Positions 1-11,975 of a stretch of 64,000 bases of DNA are shown in pieces (within the stretch, counting starts at the first letter, position 1; each line of letters opens with the position of its first letter). Under the pieces are notes generated by a model, which was given only the letters and a program-made list of their open reading frames with translations, made no database searches and had not been told where the DNA came from. A program made the position numbers and the translations under genes. This DNA is from Lophium mytilinum (lineage: Eukaryota): positions 312,726 through 376,725 of the forward strand of contig MU004198.1 of assembly GCA_010093605.1 (NCBI GenBank), written 5' to 3'.

Positions 1-48
1 CAGGAGGACACCGGAAGACTACCGTGGGGCGAAAGATCAAAGTATGGG

Positions 49-1859
49 TTGTATCCCGAGCCTGGAGAAAAGACGCCGGACCTCGTGCGCATTGTGCTGG
101 TCACGACCGCAGGATTAATAGGTGAGATGGAGGAGCGGCGGGAGGAGAGAGGAGTATTACCATGGATGAAAAGGTGGAGGTATGAAGGCAACTGTGTCAA
201 GAGTCTCCGCTCAAAAGTGGGTCGGTCTAAGCCTTCTGAGGAGGCTCAATACCAGGGAAAGTTGACGGAGCATGAAACGGAGTGGAAAAATATCGGAGAC
301 ATGATCTTGAAACGGTTCAGGGAGTGGGAGACATTGATCTTCGAAGCCGGAGAAAGGCATGCCGATGAAGTAGGGCTATCAGAGCTAGAGGCAACTGTCG
401 AGAGAGCATTCGAGCGCTGGGAGCAGTGGAGACGTGAGAAAGATGGCGAGTCAACCACACTCACTGGTGAGACTCCCCCCGGCGTCAACGTGGAAAACAA
501 AGGCAAGTATCCTTCCTTGGGGCAAAAGTACCGCCTCTTCAATCATTTGAATGCCTCACAAAGGAACATTGTCATCTCAAAGCCTCTCCGCAACTCGCAA
601 GGTCTCCTTGATTCTAGATTCTCCAGCTTCACCATCCATTCAGGACTATTACGTTGGGGACAATTGCAAACAGTGGTTGCGGGTTCTACAGCTAAGAAGC
701 TTACGCGAACCACTGTTTCAAAGCAAGACCCTAAAGCCCGCGGGGGCACGATCATCCAGAGAGAGTACTCGTACCGTGCCGCGGCCAGAAAAGGCGAATG
801 GAAAGTCCGACAAGCTTTCAGCAACCGCGACAATAGGTCTGGTGGAGGAAGTGGAAGACCGAAAGAACACTTTGGCTGGGTGATGTATCACGAAGATATT
901 GACCCACTGGAGACCGTTGTTCGATGCAGCAGGCTGAATCCTTCTGAGGGATTCCATGAAGCGCACGTTGACGAGGTAAGCACCGGTACTACAGCGACAG
1001 GCCATAAATCTGGGTACACGGGTTCAGCATTGTTTGGGGTACCCCCACAGGATTTGGAAGATCCAAGGGCAAAATCGAGATTCAAGCAGTACAGATTGGC
1101 TGCTCAGCAGCCAGGCTAGCCCTAACAGTGGTATCAAGCGAGCAAGTCAGAGTCAAGCTGTGATGAGTCCGTGTGCCCAGACTTGTGGCCTAGTACTGTA
1201 GTTTCATGCCCGTCCGAGGCGTACTCTCGCAGGCTTGCTCTAATATATCCCAGACGTCCTTATGCTAACCACTCCTCAGGATATTCTCTACGTAAACCGC
1301 TACGATTGGTCAATGCACTGCCACCCCAACTCGGACAAATCCTGGAAAAGGTTCATTCGTCCAGTCAACCCCAGGTTTAGTCCGAAGAAGGGTGGTGATG
1401 ATGATGATGAATACGACGTTGACGATCTCGAAGAGGATCTAGCTTCAGGGTACATGATAGCCATAGACGCAGATAGCTTCGATCCAGACTTCGCAAGATC
1501 TTTCCTTCAAGACACGACCTCGAGTGGAGAGCGAGTGTTCCTTTACAACGAGGGTAAGATTAGTGATGGAAAGCCGAAAAGGATGAGAAGGGAGCCGTTC
1601 GGGGCCTGGGTTTCGATGCCAGATACCGAGTATGAGTATGGTAAGTCAATGTATTTTTCTTTCGCGCCGATATTCAGTCCAGAGATATAAGCTCTCACTC
1701 CAAGTCCTAACTCGTTATTCTCTAGGCTGGCTCGTCTTTTCCGATCGCACACATCCCGACTTTTCCGACGAACAAGAGCTGGTTGCTATTGTATATGACG
1801 GCTTTGGTGACGGACTAGACGCCTCCGAATTTGCCGTAGAGGCTGACCCGAGCTCCTGA
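49..1859 (+). CDS. Hypothetical protein, 3 exons visible (may start upstream of the window)
   Basis: ORFs 49..1119, 1262..1690 and 1632..1859 join in frame through GT-AG introns 976..1279 (gtaagc...gctaac...cag) and 1641..1725 (gtaagt...cctaac...tag). No recognised domain. Confidence 0.6.
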
Positions 1860-3103
1860 GTTGTCAATGTGATCCAGGAATTAGGCTGAGGCCTTAAGCC
1901 TGCGATTTGGCACCGCGGGCGGTGTCCCCGTGAGGTCCCAAAAGAATTTAAGCGCAATTTTTGAAGTATTCAAAGCCACGGCACCCACCCGCAACGCCTA
2001 GGCTCGACGCGTTACTGTTGCGATTTCCTGTCACCGAAGTAAGAAGTCCCCGCCGTGGTACATTAGTGTAAGCGGTCGACCTCCTTCTGAGGTCACACTA
2101 AGGGACCTGTTCTACGCCGACTAGGATAATGGAGCGTGTTCGATATGGAAATCCGTATCACTTGACAGCAGTAAGAGCTTGAGAAATAGTGTGTGATATA
2201 TTAGAAACTTAACCCTCTACTAGATGTCTTTGGGACACTACAAATCCAAACCATGTATAAAGCAAAGAAACCAAACACTTTTCAATACTGACAAGACTTA
2301 GATCTATCACGGAAATTACGTCCGCCCGAAGTTTGACTCATCTCACTTCCAAATCAACCCATGGCATAGGACCGATTTCAGAGGGATTTTTAGCGTCTCG
2401 TCCAACACGAGAGATCTCAAATACTAGAACGTCTAAGCAACCTAGACATACCTCATACGAAGGCTATCTGGCTCGAGCCATTCTGCTAGTACCATCTAAT
2501 ACACATCATCGCCGATCGGTTATATAAAGTGTTCACATCTTCCCCGCGCTCTTCTACAAATATACACCCTTCGTATCTCCGACTTTCAGACAGTGTTCCT
2601 TTACATTGCGTTCATCTGCGACAAATATCTCGAGTCTTCTCAAGTAACCATCGCAATGACTTCCACCGCCCCAACACCGAGACTCACCGCCCCATACCAA
2701 TCACTCAGGCTACACCATTAATAGAACACCTTCAAACTCCCAAACAACGAGATTAGGGGGACCGGAAAATATGCGACGTTATATACTCCAACAAAGCGTA
2801 GAGCAAGGAAGTTACCAGAGTAAAGTTGGAAAATCGGTGTCCGATTCGTGCTCGTGATGGCTAGTGAGCGTTCCAATTCCTACGATTAGAGTGATTGGTG
2901 TTGATCAGATCTGGCAAGTACCTATTAAGACACAAGCACGCTACAGGCAACAATCTTAGCTTCACCGGAATTTACGAGATATGTACTAATCAAACCCTCT
3001 CCAAGGCTTAGTTATTATGAAGCAAAAGATGATTCCAGCCTGTTCCTGTAGAATACAAAAACAACGGAGGAGGAAAGGTGCCAGTTGGGGTAGAACTTAA
3101 CGT

Positions 3104-6100
3104 TCATTCAAAGTTGAAATTCTGGAGCAGCTTGACTACGGCTTCGTGACCATTCCCGGCGGCTAATGAAAGCGCCGTCTCACCGTGGTTATCCTTCAGG
3201 TTGACGTCTGCCTTGCCCTCGAGAAGCAGCGTAATTACGGCATCGTGGCCGTTCGCGGCCGCCCACAATAGTGGCGTCATGCCATACTGGTAGTCCTTTG
3301 AGTCGACATCCGCCCTGCCCTCGAGGAGTAACTTGATTACGGCCTCGTGGCCATTTGTGGCCGCCCATATCAGCGGCGTCATACCATACTGATGATCCCT
3401 TGAGTTGGCATCCGCCTTGCCCTCGAGGAGAAGCTTAACCACGGCCTTGTGCCCGTGCTTAGCCGCCCATAAAAGCGGCGTTATACCATACTGACGGTCC
3501 TTTGACTTGATATCCGCCCTGCCCTCGAGAAGTATCTTCACTACAGCTTCGTGGCCATTCGCGGCCGCCCACGATAGCGGCGTTATGTTATACTGGTAGT
3601 CCTTCACGTTGATGTCCGCCTTGCCCTCAAGAAGTAACTTAACTACGCCCTCGTTACCATTCGCGGCCGCCCATAGTAACGGCGTCATACCAGACTGATG
3701 TTCTTTTGAGTTCACATCCGCCTTGACCTCGAGGAGAAGCTTAACCACGGCCTTGTGCCCGTGCTTAGCTGCCAATAATAGCGGCGTCATACCTTTCTCG
3801 TCCTCTGAGGCAACATCCGCGTTATTTTTAAGGAGCAGCTCTACTATGGCCGGGAACCCTCTTACGGCCGCCCACGATAGCGACGTCAAGTTCATTTTGT
3901 CTGTTGAGTTGACGTCCGCTTTACCTTCGAGTAGCAGCTTGACTAACGCTTCGGACTTTCTATCAACTGCAAACAACAGCGATGTCTGGCCATGTTCGTT
4001 CTTTGCTTCAATGTCCGCCTTCTTCTCAAGAAGTATTTTGACTACAGCTTCGTGCCCATTTCCGGCTGCCAACAACAGCGACGTCATACCGTGCTCGTCC
4101 TTCGAGTTAACGTCCGCTGTGTGCTCAAGTGCCAGCTCAAGTATGGCCTCAAGCCCAAAATATGATGCTACCATTAGAATATTTGTGAATTTGGGCTTTA
4201 TGTAGTGGGTATTCTTCGCAAGGTAGATGTGGGACCAAGTCTTGAAGCGCTGTGATCGAGGGTCGCAGAGCCTGGCAACCGATTGGAACACCTGCTCAAT
4301 TGCACTATGTTGAATTTTTCGGTAATGAGAAGCCCAAGAATCAGCGGCGTACTCCAAGAAGCGGTGTTCAACTACTGAAGATGCGAAATCCCTCGCTCCG
4401 TCGAATTCAGCGAACGAAAGATAGGTAACGCAAATTCTTGCCATAAGAGTCTCTGATTCGGTTGGGATTAGAGAATGTTTCCAGTTGCCAGTAGCTACGC
4501 CTCTCTTTGCGAGAAGGAACTCCTTGGCAGTCTGATGGATCAAGTAGACCCTCTGATCCACCACAGTCACAAAGAGTCCGGAAAGGTTTCTCGCTGATAC
4601 TTCAAACCTCGCCTCGTCGTCAAGGTCGAGGTCATCGTAGGATCGATGATGGTCTTCGACGGCTAGAGCGATATTCATTTCTTTCAACGTGAGTGGCCTG
4701 GTTGCTGCAACGACAATATGGAGGAGTTTCCGTGCTTGGGGCCGTTCATCATCCTCGATTCTTGAGAGGATCGCCTCATATGCTTCTTCAACCGTAGACG
4801 GAAGGGTACTGATGATAGCCTTCAGCCTTCGGCTTGTAGGACGAGTTGTTTTCCGAACGATATCCAGAATAAGTTTCAACCAAAGGTATGTTCGATGGGT
4901 CATCCCCAAAAGTTCCCTTTCGAGATTTGACGTCTCCGACTTGTTGAGCTTTAGTTCGGATGCGAGCTTTGAAACTCTCCATTTGATCACAATGTCAATC
5001 TCATGACTGATCGCATTTGACTCTTGCTCGCCTTGTAACCGAATCGTGGGAAATTTGGAAACAAGCTCGGTGAAACGCCGTTCGATATCTAGGTAAGGAC
5101 GGCTGGTGACAAAGAATTTGAGTTGGGTACGGGTTTTCTGGGAATTAGCTTGTTGGTAGAATATATCAAGGGCGTTGATGAATTGGTAGCGTCCTGCCTC
5201 TGCGCATTCGTCGAGGGCGTCTAGGACACAAACGATCTCCCCAGCCCTCGGGTCAGCCGCCGCCTTCATCAGAATGTTCCAGAGTGTATGGAACGATTTA
5301 GTAAGTTTGTCTCCATTGTCGGCATATTCTGACATGGCATGTTTAAGGAGCGTTGGGTGCTGCGAAAAGAGCTGGTGTAACAGTGCCGAAAGCGCTATAG
5401 CTATAGCCTTCTGTACATCATTGTCATCCTTGAAGAAGAAGTAGCAGGTAGTGCGGTTGTCCGTGCTTTTGAAGTCTTCGTCGACGAAAGACTTAGATAG
5501 AACTGATTTTCCGCATCCGGGATCCGCCGATAACCAAAGAAGACCTGAAGAGCTGTCATCTTTCCAATTTCGGAAGTTTCCATGGCGGAGAACCCATTGG
5601 CAGGTTCCTTCAAGTCGAGTGGGATTCCTGTCCTTGAACTTCTCGTAGTCGAAAGCTGAAGAGCGTAGGGCTTGCATACATTCGCGTTCGTTATCACTCC
5701 ATTTTACTTCGTAGATTAGCAAACTAACATGATATCCATGTGGTACAATCACCTTGTGTATGGCTTGAGCGTTTATCAAGATCGTCTTGAAGCCGGCGGA
5801 ATGCGTGATTCCTTCCCTCGCCATAGATGAGCGGCAAATAGACGTCGAAAATGCCTAGTAGACAATAGACTTGATCTTCTTCAACGGTGGTCTCTCGTTT
5901 TGCAGCCCACATTCTTCGCTCGTCATTGCTGAAATGAGATAGATTTCCTCGCAGTGCCTCGACTGCAATTCCGGTTATCTCATGAATCTGCTGTTCTAAC
6001 GAGTCCTTGTTGCCAAGTTGCTTCCCGTCTCTCGAAAAAAAATCGACTGACCGCGGAGCAAGAAGTTCTTGAACTGTCCAGCCTCGCGTGAACCACTTAC

Positions 6101-6494
6101 TTCGCCTGAAAGCCGTTTCCCACAAAAGATCGGAGGATCGGGAGCGCTTCCCCGTTGAGACGTCGAAAAGGTAGACGTAACACTTCGCTGCATTCTTGTA
6201 CCAGCGAAACATCGAATTAATAGCCGTTTGGAGCTCCGTGCTATTGGATTTATCGATGCAACAACTATCTACCCAGAAATATCGCAGACCATCTCTTTCA
6301 GCTTGTTTGCTACAAAACTGGATCTTTCTATAGCCCGTTTTGCTGCTTCCGAGGTGATTATCCAGGTCTTGATATGTGACTTCCTGGTCATTCGCCTCCC
6401 ATACGTGTGAGAGAATGGCATAGCTAGGGATGTTGTTGCCTTCGAACCTGGTTAGGCTGAAGCTGCCGTCGGCGTCGGAACTAAGAAGGCGCAT
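3104..6494 (-). CDS. Fungal NLR: HET (TIR-related) effector domain - NACHT - ankyrin repeats
   Basis: HET motifs YAILSHVW, YFWVDSCCIDK, AINSMFRWY, WFTRGWTVQELLAP. A 46-nt intron 5707..5752 (gtgatt...gctaat...aag) joins them in frame to NACHT (Walker A SADPGCGKS, Walker B VLDALDEC, FFVTSRP, HQTAKEFL) and ~11 ankyrin repeats. Confidence 0.93.
3120..4175 (-). repeat. Ankyrin repeat array, 99-102 bp units
   Basis: Repeated GxTPLLWAAxNGHEAVVKLLLEGKADVxSKD units, also similar at DNA level. Confidence 0.92.
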
Positions 6495-6750
6495 ATTGCG
6501 GGACAGAGTTCGAAGGGCGAAGCATAAACATGTAAGCCGGATGCAACAGGATTATCTTGAGCGTAAAGAAATGTTGGCTGTCTTTCGGCAAGCGTGTTGT
6601 AGCCTCTCCGGCTGTGTTGGCATCATGCATGGCGCAGCAAACATAGAATACGCTGACTAAGAGAGAGCTGCCTTCATTGGTTGCGAAAGAGCTTGAAGTA
6701 CCCTTTGTACTAGATGTCTTCAAAAGCCGTCTTAATTTAAGAATTGTTGT

Positions 6751-7410
6751 TTAGTAAACAAATACTATCGTAAGGATGGCACTAAACGCAGCTAACTCCA
6801 ATTTCGTCATCCTCCCCGCTGCCTCACCCGTCTTTACTGGCTCACTGAAAGCTCCAGTCGAAGTCCTAGTCGCAATTCCAGTAGCACTAACACTCGCACC
6901 TATCTTTTCCAAACCCCCCGAAACCGTCACAGGTGCAAAATGCCCCCAAAATCCATCCTTATCCGTCTGATTTGCCTTCCACGTGAAGCTCTTTGTATCA
7001 TGCGTCCCATACCATGACGCGCCTGTAAAATTACACCGCGCCTCCGTGGTCCCAAACAACCTACACGCCGTCACATCCTCCATGCCCTTATTGCCGTACG
7101 AAGTCGTGTACTCGTACGTTGACGGCCCCTGCGTGATAGTCTGCGGGATGCCGATTGTCGAGTAGTAGGTCCAGCGCGCAGTTACGCCTTGGTAGACGGG
7201 CGTCACGTGCTGGACGAGCGTCGATGTGACGACGAAGGTGGTAGCAGTGGAGTTCACAGCGAGGATGGAGCCGCTCCAGTTGATTATCACTGTGTAGACG
7301 TTGTTGCCGGAGCCACGGTCGTCGAGGCCGAAGATAGGAATTGTGGTGGTTTGGGCAAGGGCGAGGGGGCCGAGGAGAAGGAGTAGGGGGGCTAATGCAG
7401 GTAAGATCAT
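6751..7410 (-). CDS. Secreted Ser/Thr-rich protein, probably GPI-anchored
   Basis: N-terminal signal peptide MILPALAPLLLLLGPLALA, two Cys (ACRLFGTTEARC), T/S-rich linker and hydrophobic C-terminus. Confidence 0.75.
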   Translation of the reverse strand: MILPALAPLLLLLGPLALAQTTTIPIFGLDDRGSGNNVYTVIINWSGSILAVNSTATTFVVTSTLVQHVTPVYQGVTARWTYYSTIGIPQTITQGPSTYEYTTSYGNKGMEDVTACRLFGTTEARCNFTGASWYGTHDTKSFTWKANQTDKDGFWGHFAPVTVSGGLEKIGASVSATGIATRTSTGAFSEPVKTGEAAGRMTKLELAAFSAILTIVFVY

Positions 7411-7689
7411 AGCTTAGGTGTGATGTCTTTCTTTGATATAAAGTAGTGAAGTTCTAGGAGGTTTTGAATGGCTAGCACCCTGAATATGTAGACTTTGAAA
7501 CCCTGCGTCAACCTTCACCGGAAAGCCACGATGCTTGTTGGGCTCTCTCATGATTGGGGGATCTGCTACATGGGTATTATATTCCGTTCTGCATTTGGTC
7601 CAAAAACCTAGATAAAGTTAGACGCAAAGCAGGGGGATTTATTGCATCGCGAACTCATACCTCTATCGCCTTAAAAACATCTCCAGACC

Positions 7690-8061
7690 CTAAATCTCGA
7701 AATAAAGATTCCAGTGGTTCTTGCACCCCGGATTCCACCCCGCGTTACACTTCGGACACCTACTCTCCACTTCGCGCTCTTTCTCATTTCCCTCTTCACA
7801 CTTCCCATCACCGGCCATATACTCCTCAATGCTCAAGACGCTTTTACAGCTCCCACAAAAAAGCGCCTTCTCGCCTCTTTCATCTTTCTTCCATACCTCG
7901 GTGTTGTGTTTTGTGAGAGCAGCATGGCACGAAATGCACGCGTAAAACTCGTTGCAACATTTCATCTTGATGGCGATGATGTCAAGAGCAGAAAACCAGT
8001 GGGAGCACTGGGTGAGAGGCGTAAGGGAGATGCCATGGATGATGGGTGAGGACATTGTCAT
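7690..8061 (-). CDS. HOT13: CHY zinc-finger protein (Hot13-like)
   Basis: TQCSHW...DIIAIKMKCCNEFYACISCH...CGSC...CPKCNAGWNPGCKNHWNLYF matches the CHY-type zinc finger. Confidence 0.85.
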   Translation of the reverse strand: MTMSSPIIHGISLTPLTQCSHWFSALDIIAIKMKCCNEFYACISCHAALTKHNTEVWKKDERGEKALFCGSCKSVLSIEEYMAGDGKCEEGNEKEREVESRCPKCNAGWNPGCKNHWNLYFEI

Positions 8062-9108
8062 GGAGAGGGGATGACCTCGTGGGAGGTGCTCGGGATGGGA
8101 TGATTAAAGGGTGAAGATGAGCTATACCGGATTGGAGTTAGTATCATATGTGCAATAGTCATCTCTTGTAGCTCCACAGCTTCATTTCAAGCCCTTTACT
8201 TATAAGAATGATGAACTCGACTATAACATGATGGCTACCAAGACGAATTGCATTCATATCGTATCCTCATCAGATTATACCAATGAGGTTCTGATTCCTA
8301 CGTTCATCGTCATCATGGAGCTGGAAAGATGCTCACCATCACCGCTCTGAAGGCACAGAAGCCCTCCAATTCCACTTCTCGTTGCTGACAGGCATGTTCT
8401 TTACTGGTCTCATGATGCATGTCGACCTGGCTTGGTTCGAACACGCCAGACTGCTTTCCCAGCGGCTCCATGTCACGATCCATGTCCAAAGTTGACCTCC
8501 GACCCAGACTCATGCGGCATGAACTTGACAGATTTGATCCCTCCAACTAAGACCCGAGACACCATGACAAAAAAGGCTTGGTTGGTTCAGTCGTGCTGGT
8601 TTTGTAAAGGGAGCGCTAAATAACATAATCATGACTTTCTGATGGCTCACGTGACACTTCCTCATAATCGATTATACTCCACCCACCCCTAAAACCGAAT
8701 AGCTCGTTCACCGTAAAACGAAAGATGTCTTTGCCCTCATAGCGATCTTCTTCTCTCTTCCGAGTAGGCCCTGATGTTGACCCATCAAGTCGAATCTCGG
8801 CAGGACTCTCCCTTCTCAAAATGGGCCAACGGTCTCTGGCAAAAAAGCCGTGCTCTGGGTAGTATTTGAAATGAAAGCAGTGGCGTTGACTCGAAAAGGT
8901 CTCGAGACGGTCAATTCTTTACATATATATCTTTGCTTACGTAATATATGAGGGAACCCATCACGGGGAGGAGGATCCTCCGCTAGTCAGCAGAGCTTAT
9001 GCGCAATCTCCTGTGTCTCCCTACCTTTGTACCTTAAACCTGCTTATATAGACACCCGTCCCATCTATACCTACTCTACTTAACCTTGCTCTTGAGCTCT
9101 CTCCTCAC

Positions 9109-9810
9109 ATGATCATGGCTTCTTTCTCCCTCTTCACCTTCATCAAAGGCGCCGCCGACGCCGCTGTTGGCGCCATCCTGCTCATCAAACCGGCAGTTAT
9201 CTACCATAGCGCATTCAGCAAGGCTTTGAGTGAGTCCGCTGGTCTGCCATTGCCGAATCTTGGCGAGGAGGCGAGGAGCGCGCAGCATGCTGTTGCAATC
9301 ATGGTGGGTTGATTTGTATTCTCTGTTGCTAGATATCTTTGTGTCTGGTCTTGTTCGTCTAGCTTAGTGCGATATGTAGAGCGGATATAGTCATCGCGGT
9401 GGGCAACGAGTTTCATCCCATAGAATCCTGACATGATCGTAGGTCGCTGCAGTTGGCCTTGCGCACGTCCGGGCCTCATTCGATCGTGCTTCGCTGCCTC
9501 CATTCAGTAAGTCCTCACATCGAGTCTTCCATACCTGTTCGAGATGCCTTGATGCTCGACATTCCTTCCTTCTCCTTGGCACAAAATGCCGAATCCCTTT
9601 CATCTAACAATTACAGTACTTCTTAATGCTCTCTGGTCGGCCTTCGCCCTATCGACCGTGATGTTCGCGCCGCAAAGGGCGACTAGTGCGTTGCTGATGA
9701 CTGGGATCAATCATTTCGTGTTTTCGACTGGTATGTGGTGGTGGAGCGGCTTTTCTGTGCCTGAGATTCTTGGGTTTGGCGGAGTGGCGAAGAAGAGGAG
9801 GGCAGATTGA
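9109..9810 (+). CDS. Small multi-pass membrane protein of unknown function, 3 exons
   Basis: Exons 9109..9303, 9443..9506 and 9617..9810 join in frame through GT-AG introns with ctgac/ctaac branch points. Several hydrophobic segments. Confidence 0.7.
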
Positions 9811-10173
9811 GAATTCCAATGGAATGACGGGGAGATGTGACTGAATGAAATTGAGGAAAGCTCCCTGATTAGTATTGATGTTGAGCATGGAGACGCCTAG
9901 CAACCAGAGGCCATCATCCGGAACAATCTCACAACTGCCCTAGTAGGAAGATGACATTGGTTGTGATGCTTAGTTGAATTTGATACCTAGCACCCGCAAA
10001 AGAGAAACCCAGTGTATTCCACGCCTCAGACCTCCGAGGAAGATATCCACACTGCAAATGAATCCTCCCCATTCATCTTTTCGTCTCGAGTCATTTGCTC
10101 GCTTTTCCGTATCGCAGCAAGCAGAACACCGTTTGAACCTTCCACTATAAGTCCCTTCGTTGGCCGTAGGCGT

Positions 10174-10613
10174 TTACCGGTGCTAGAAAGCGGTTAGCCA
10201 CGTTGTTTCCCGCGAGATTCCGAAAAGTTGTGATGCGGCTCGTTTCAAGTTGTTGAGGGGTCGGTTGTCGATAAGTTTAGATGTGTAGGAGGGATTGAGT
10301 ATCCGTACCTTGACGAAGCCAATGTCCGCGCTCTTCTCGCGGAAGCACTGACGGCAGATGTTGAGGCCGTACTTTCGGATCAGACCAGCAGGGTGGGTGC
10401 AGACGCGGCTGTATATCCATTAGCCAATGTTCCCTTTATTCCCATCCTGCCATATTCAATCTCCCATCTCCCATTCTCCATCCCGCTTCCCAAAGCCCCT
10501 CTCGCAGTTCCAATCCCCTTGTGTCTTCATGAAATAAGGAATCAAACGCACCATGAGCGCGAGCCCTTGCCGTAGGTGCGCGGGCGCGAGTACCAAACGT
10601 TATCGTGAGACAT
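10174..10613 (-). CDS. RPS29: 40S ribosomal protein S29 (uS14)
   Basis: Exons 10552..10613, 10309..10408 and 10174..10182 give [56 protein letters not shown] (56 aa). Confidence 0.98.
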
Positions 10614-10962
10614 GATTGCGGTGTGTTGTTGAGTAGGCGGCTGTCGGACACACAAAGAAGTCAGTTTCTGGATATCCTGATAGTGTGGAGTATAAGGTAC
10701 GCGTACATCGGAATCGCTGCTCGGCCGGCTGGAGTGATGTCGTGAGGGCACGTTTGTCGATGTCGTCGTCGAGAGAATCGCAGGCCAAATTCGAGATCGG
10801 GGCGCTGTGGAAAGTTTAGCGAGGGCGGGCTTGGCGCACGGGCGCTCGAGCCTCCGTCACGTGCAGACGTTTAACCTTAGTCGAGCATAAATATCAACAA
10901 CAACACCAAAACAACATCACCAAACAATACCAGTCCCCACAAATCAATAGCCCACCACAAAG
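10614..10962. promoter_or_regulatory. Bidirectional promoter region RPS29/APC13
   Basis: 349 bp between divergent ATGs; contains a CACGTG E-box at 10858..10863. Confidence 0.55.
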
Positions 10963-11397
10963 ATGGTACGCCGCTACCTCCTTTGAATTCTACCTCGTCA
11001 AACTAACAATTTTTAGTCCCGCGACTCCTCCCGCACCCCCCTCCACCTCCCGCACCCCCGCGTCGCCGACCTCTTCGAAGACTTCACCCGCTCCCATCTC
11101 TCCCCGGAAGAAATCTATGTCCCGCCGCAGCACCAACCTCCCAATCCCGAAGACGAGGATGACGTCGTGCCGGACCAGCATGCGGCGTTCGGGATCCAGC
11201 GTGCGACTATGAAGCAGAAGGAGCCCGCGTGGCGGGACTTGGGGCTCGAGGATCTGTTGCGGAAGGGGCCGGGGGAGGGGGCGAGTGGGGGGAAGGCGAA
11301 GGAAGGGGCGGGGACGACGGTGGGCTTGGAGTTGAGGTTGAAGGCCGGGGTGGCGGGAAGGAGTGGGAGGGGAGAGGGGAGTGGGTTGCCGAGATGA
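10963..11397 (+). CDS. APC13: Anaphase-promoting complex subunit Apc13/Swm1
   Basis: The first coding exon is the ATG alone; intron 10966..11016 (gtacgc...ctaac...tag) follows. Product MSRDSS...ADLFEDF...EIYVPPQHQPPNPEDEDDVVPDQHAAFGI...WRDLGL resembles fungal Apc13. Confidence 0.8.
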
Positions 11398-11975
11398 GGG
11401 ATGCGTAGGGAAAGTTATCACTTCCCGGCACTTTGATGATGGGATACTATGGAGTTATTGCTATCGCGGGAGAACGCGTGGCCAGCAGAGGATTGAGCCC
11501 TAGTGGGACAGTGGGACATGAACCATAGGATTGGAATCCTTTCCAAACAAGGGCTGGTCGCGGAAGACTGGCGTAAGGGAAGGATATCCTCATCTTATCA
11601 CGCAGTCTACAGGGTGGCGAGGCTGGTGATGGGCATTCTTGAATGGTGGATAACGCTGTTTGAGGTAATCCAGCCGTTCTATAGATGGACTATCACGATG
11701 ATTCAAGCTCTAAGGGACTTTACTTGTTATCAAACAAAGCCCAGGATGCGTCGACGCACCCCCAACAGCGGTGAGCTAGTGTACCCGAGCAATTGACGAG
11801 GCAATGTAGGGCTTTCATAAGTTTCATGAATTACCAAGAGTTTGAACTAGCTATGGAGTGGAAAAACTCCCAGGGGTATCCGATTCAATCTCATATCCTT
11901 AACCAAGATGCCAAAGCAGACACCAATATCAAGCATGATACCCGACCCTCCGCCTATGCCTTGCCTTGACCATCA

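Noticed and set aside
5724..5824. Overlap of the HET and NACHT ORFs read as a programmed frameshift or two-gene system
   Set aside because: A canonical 46-nt intron with a branch point joins them in frame.
8313..8819. Possible gene relic on the minus strand
   Set aside because: Short non-ATG ORFs with no recognisable motif and no consistent splice model.
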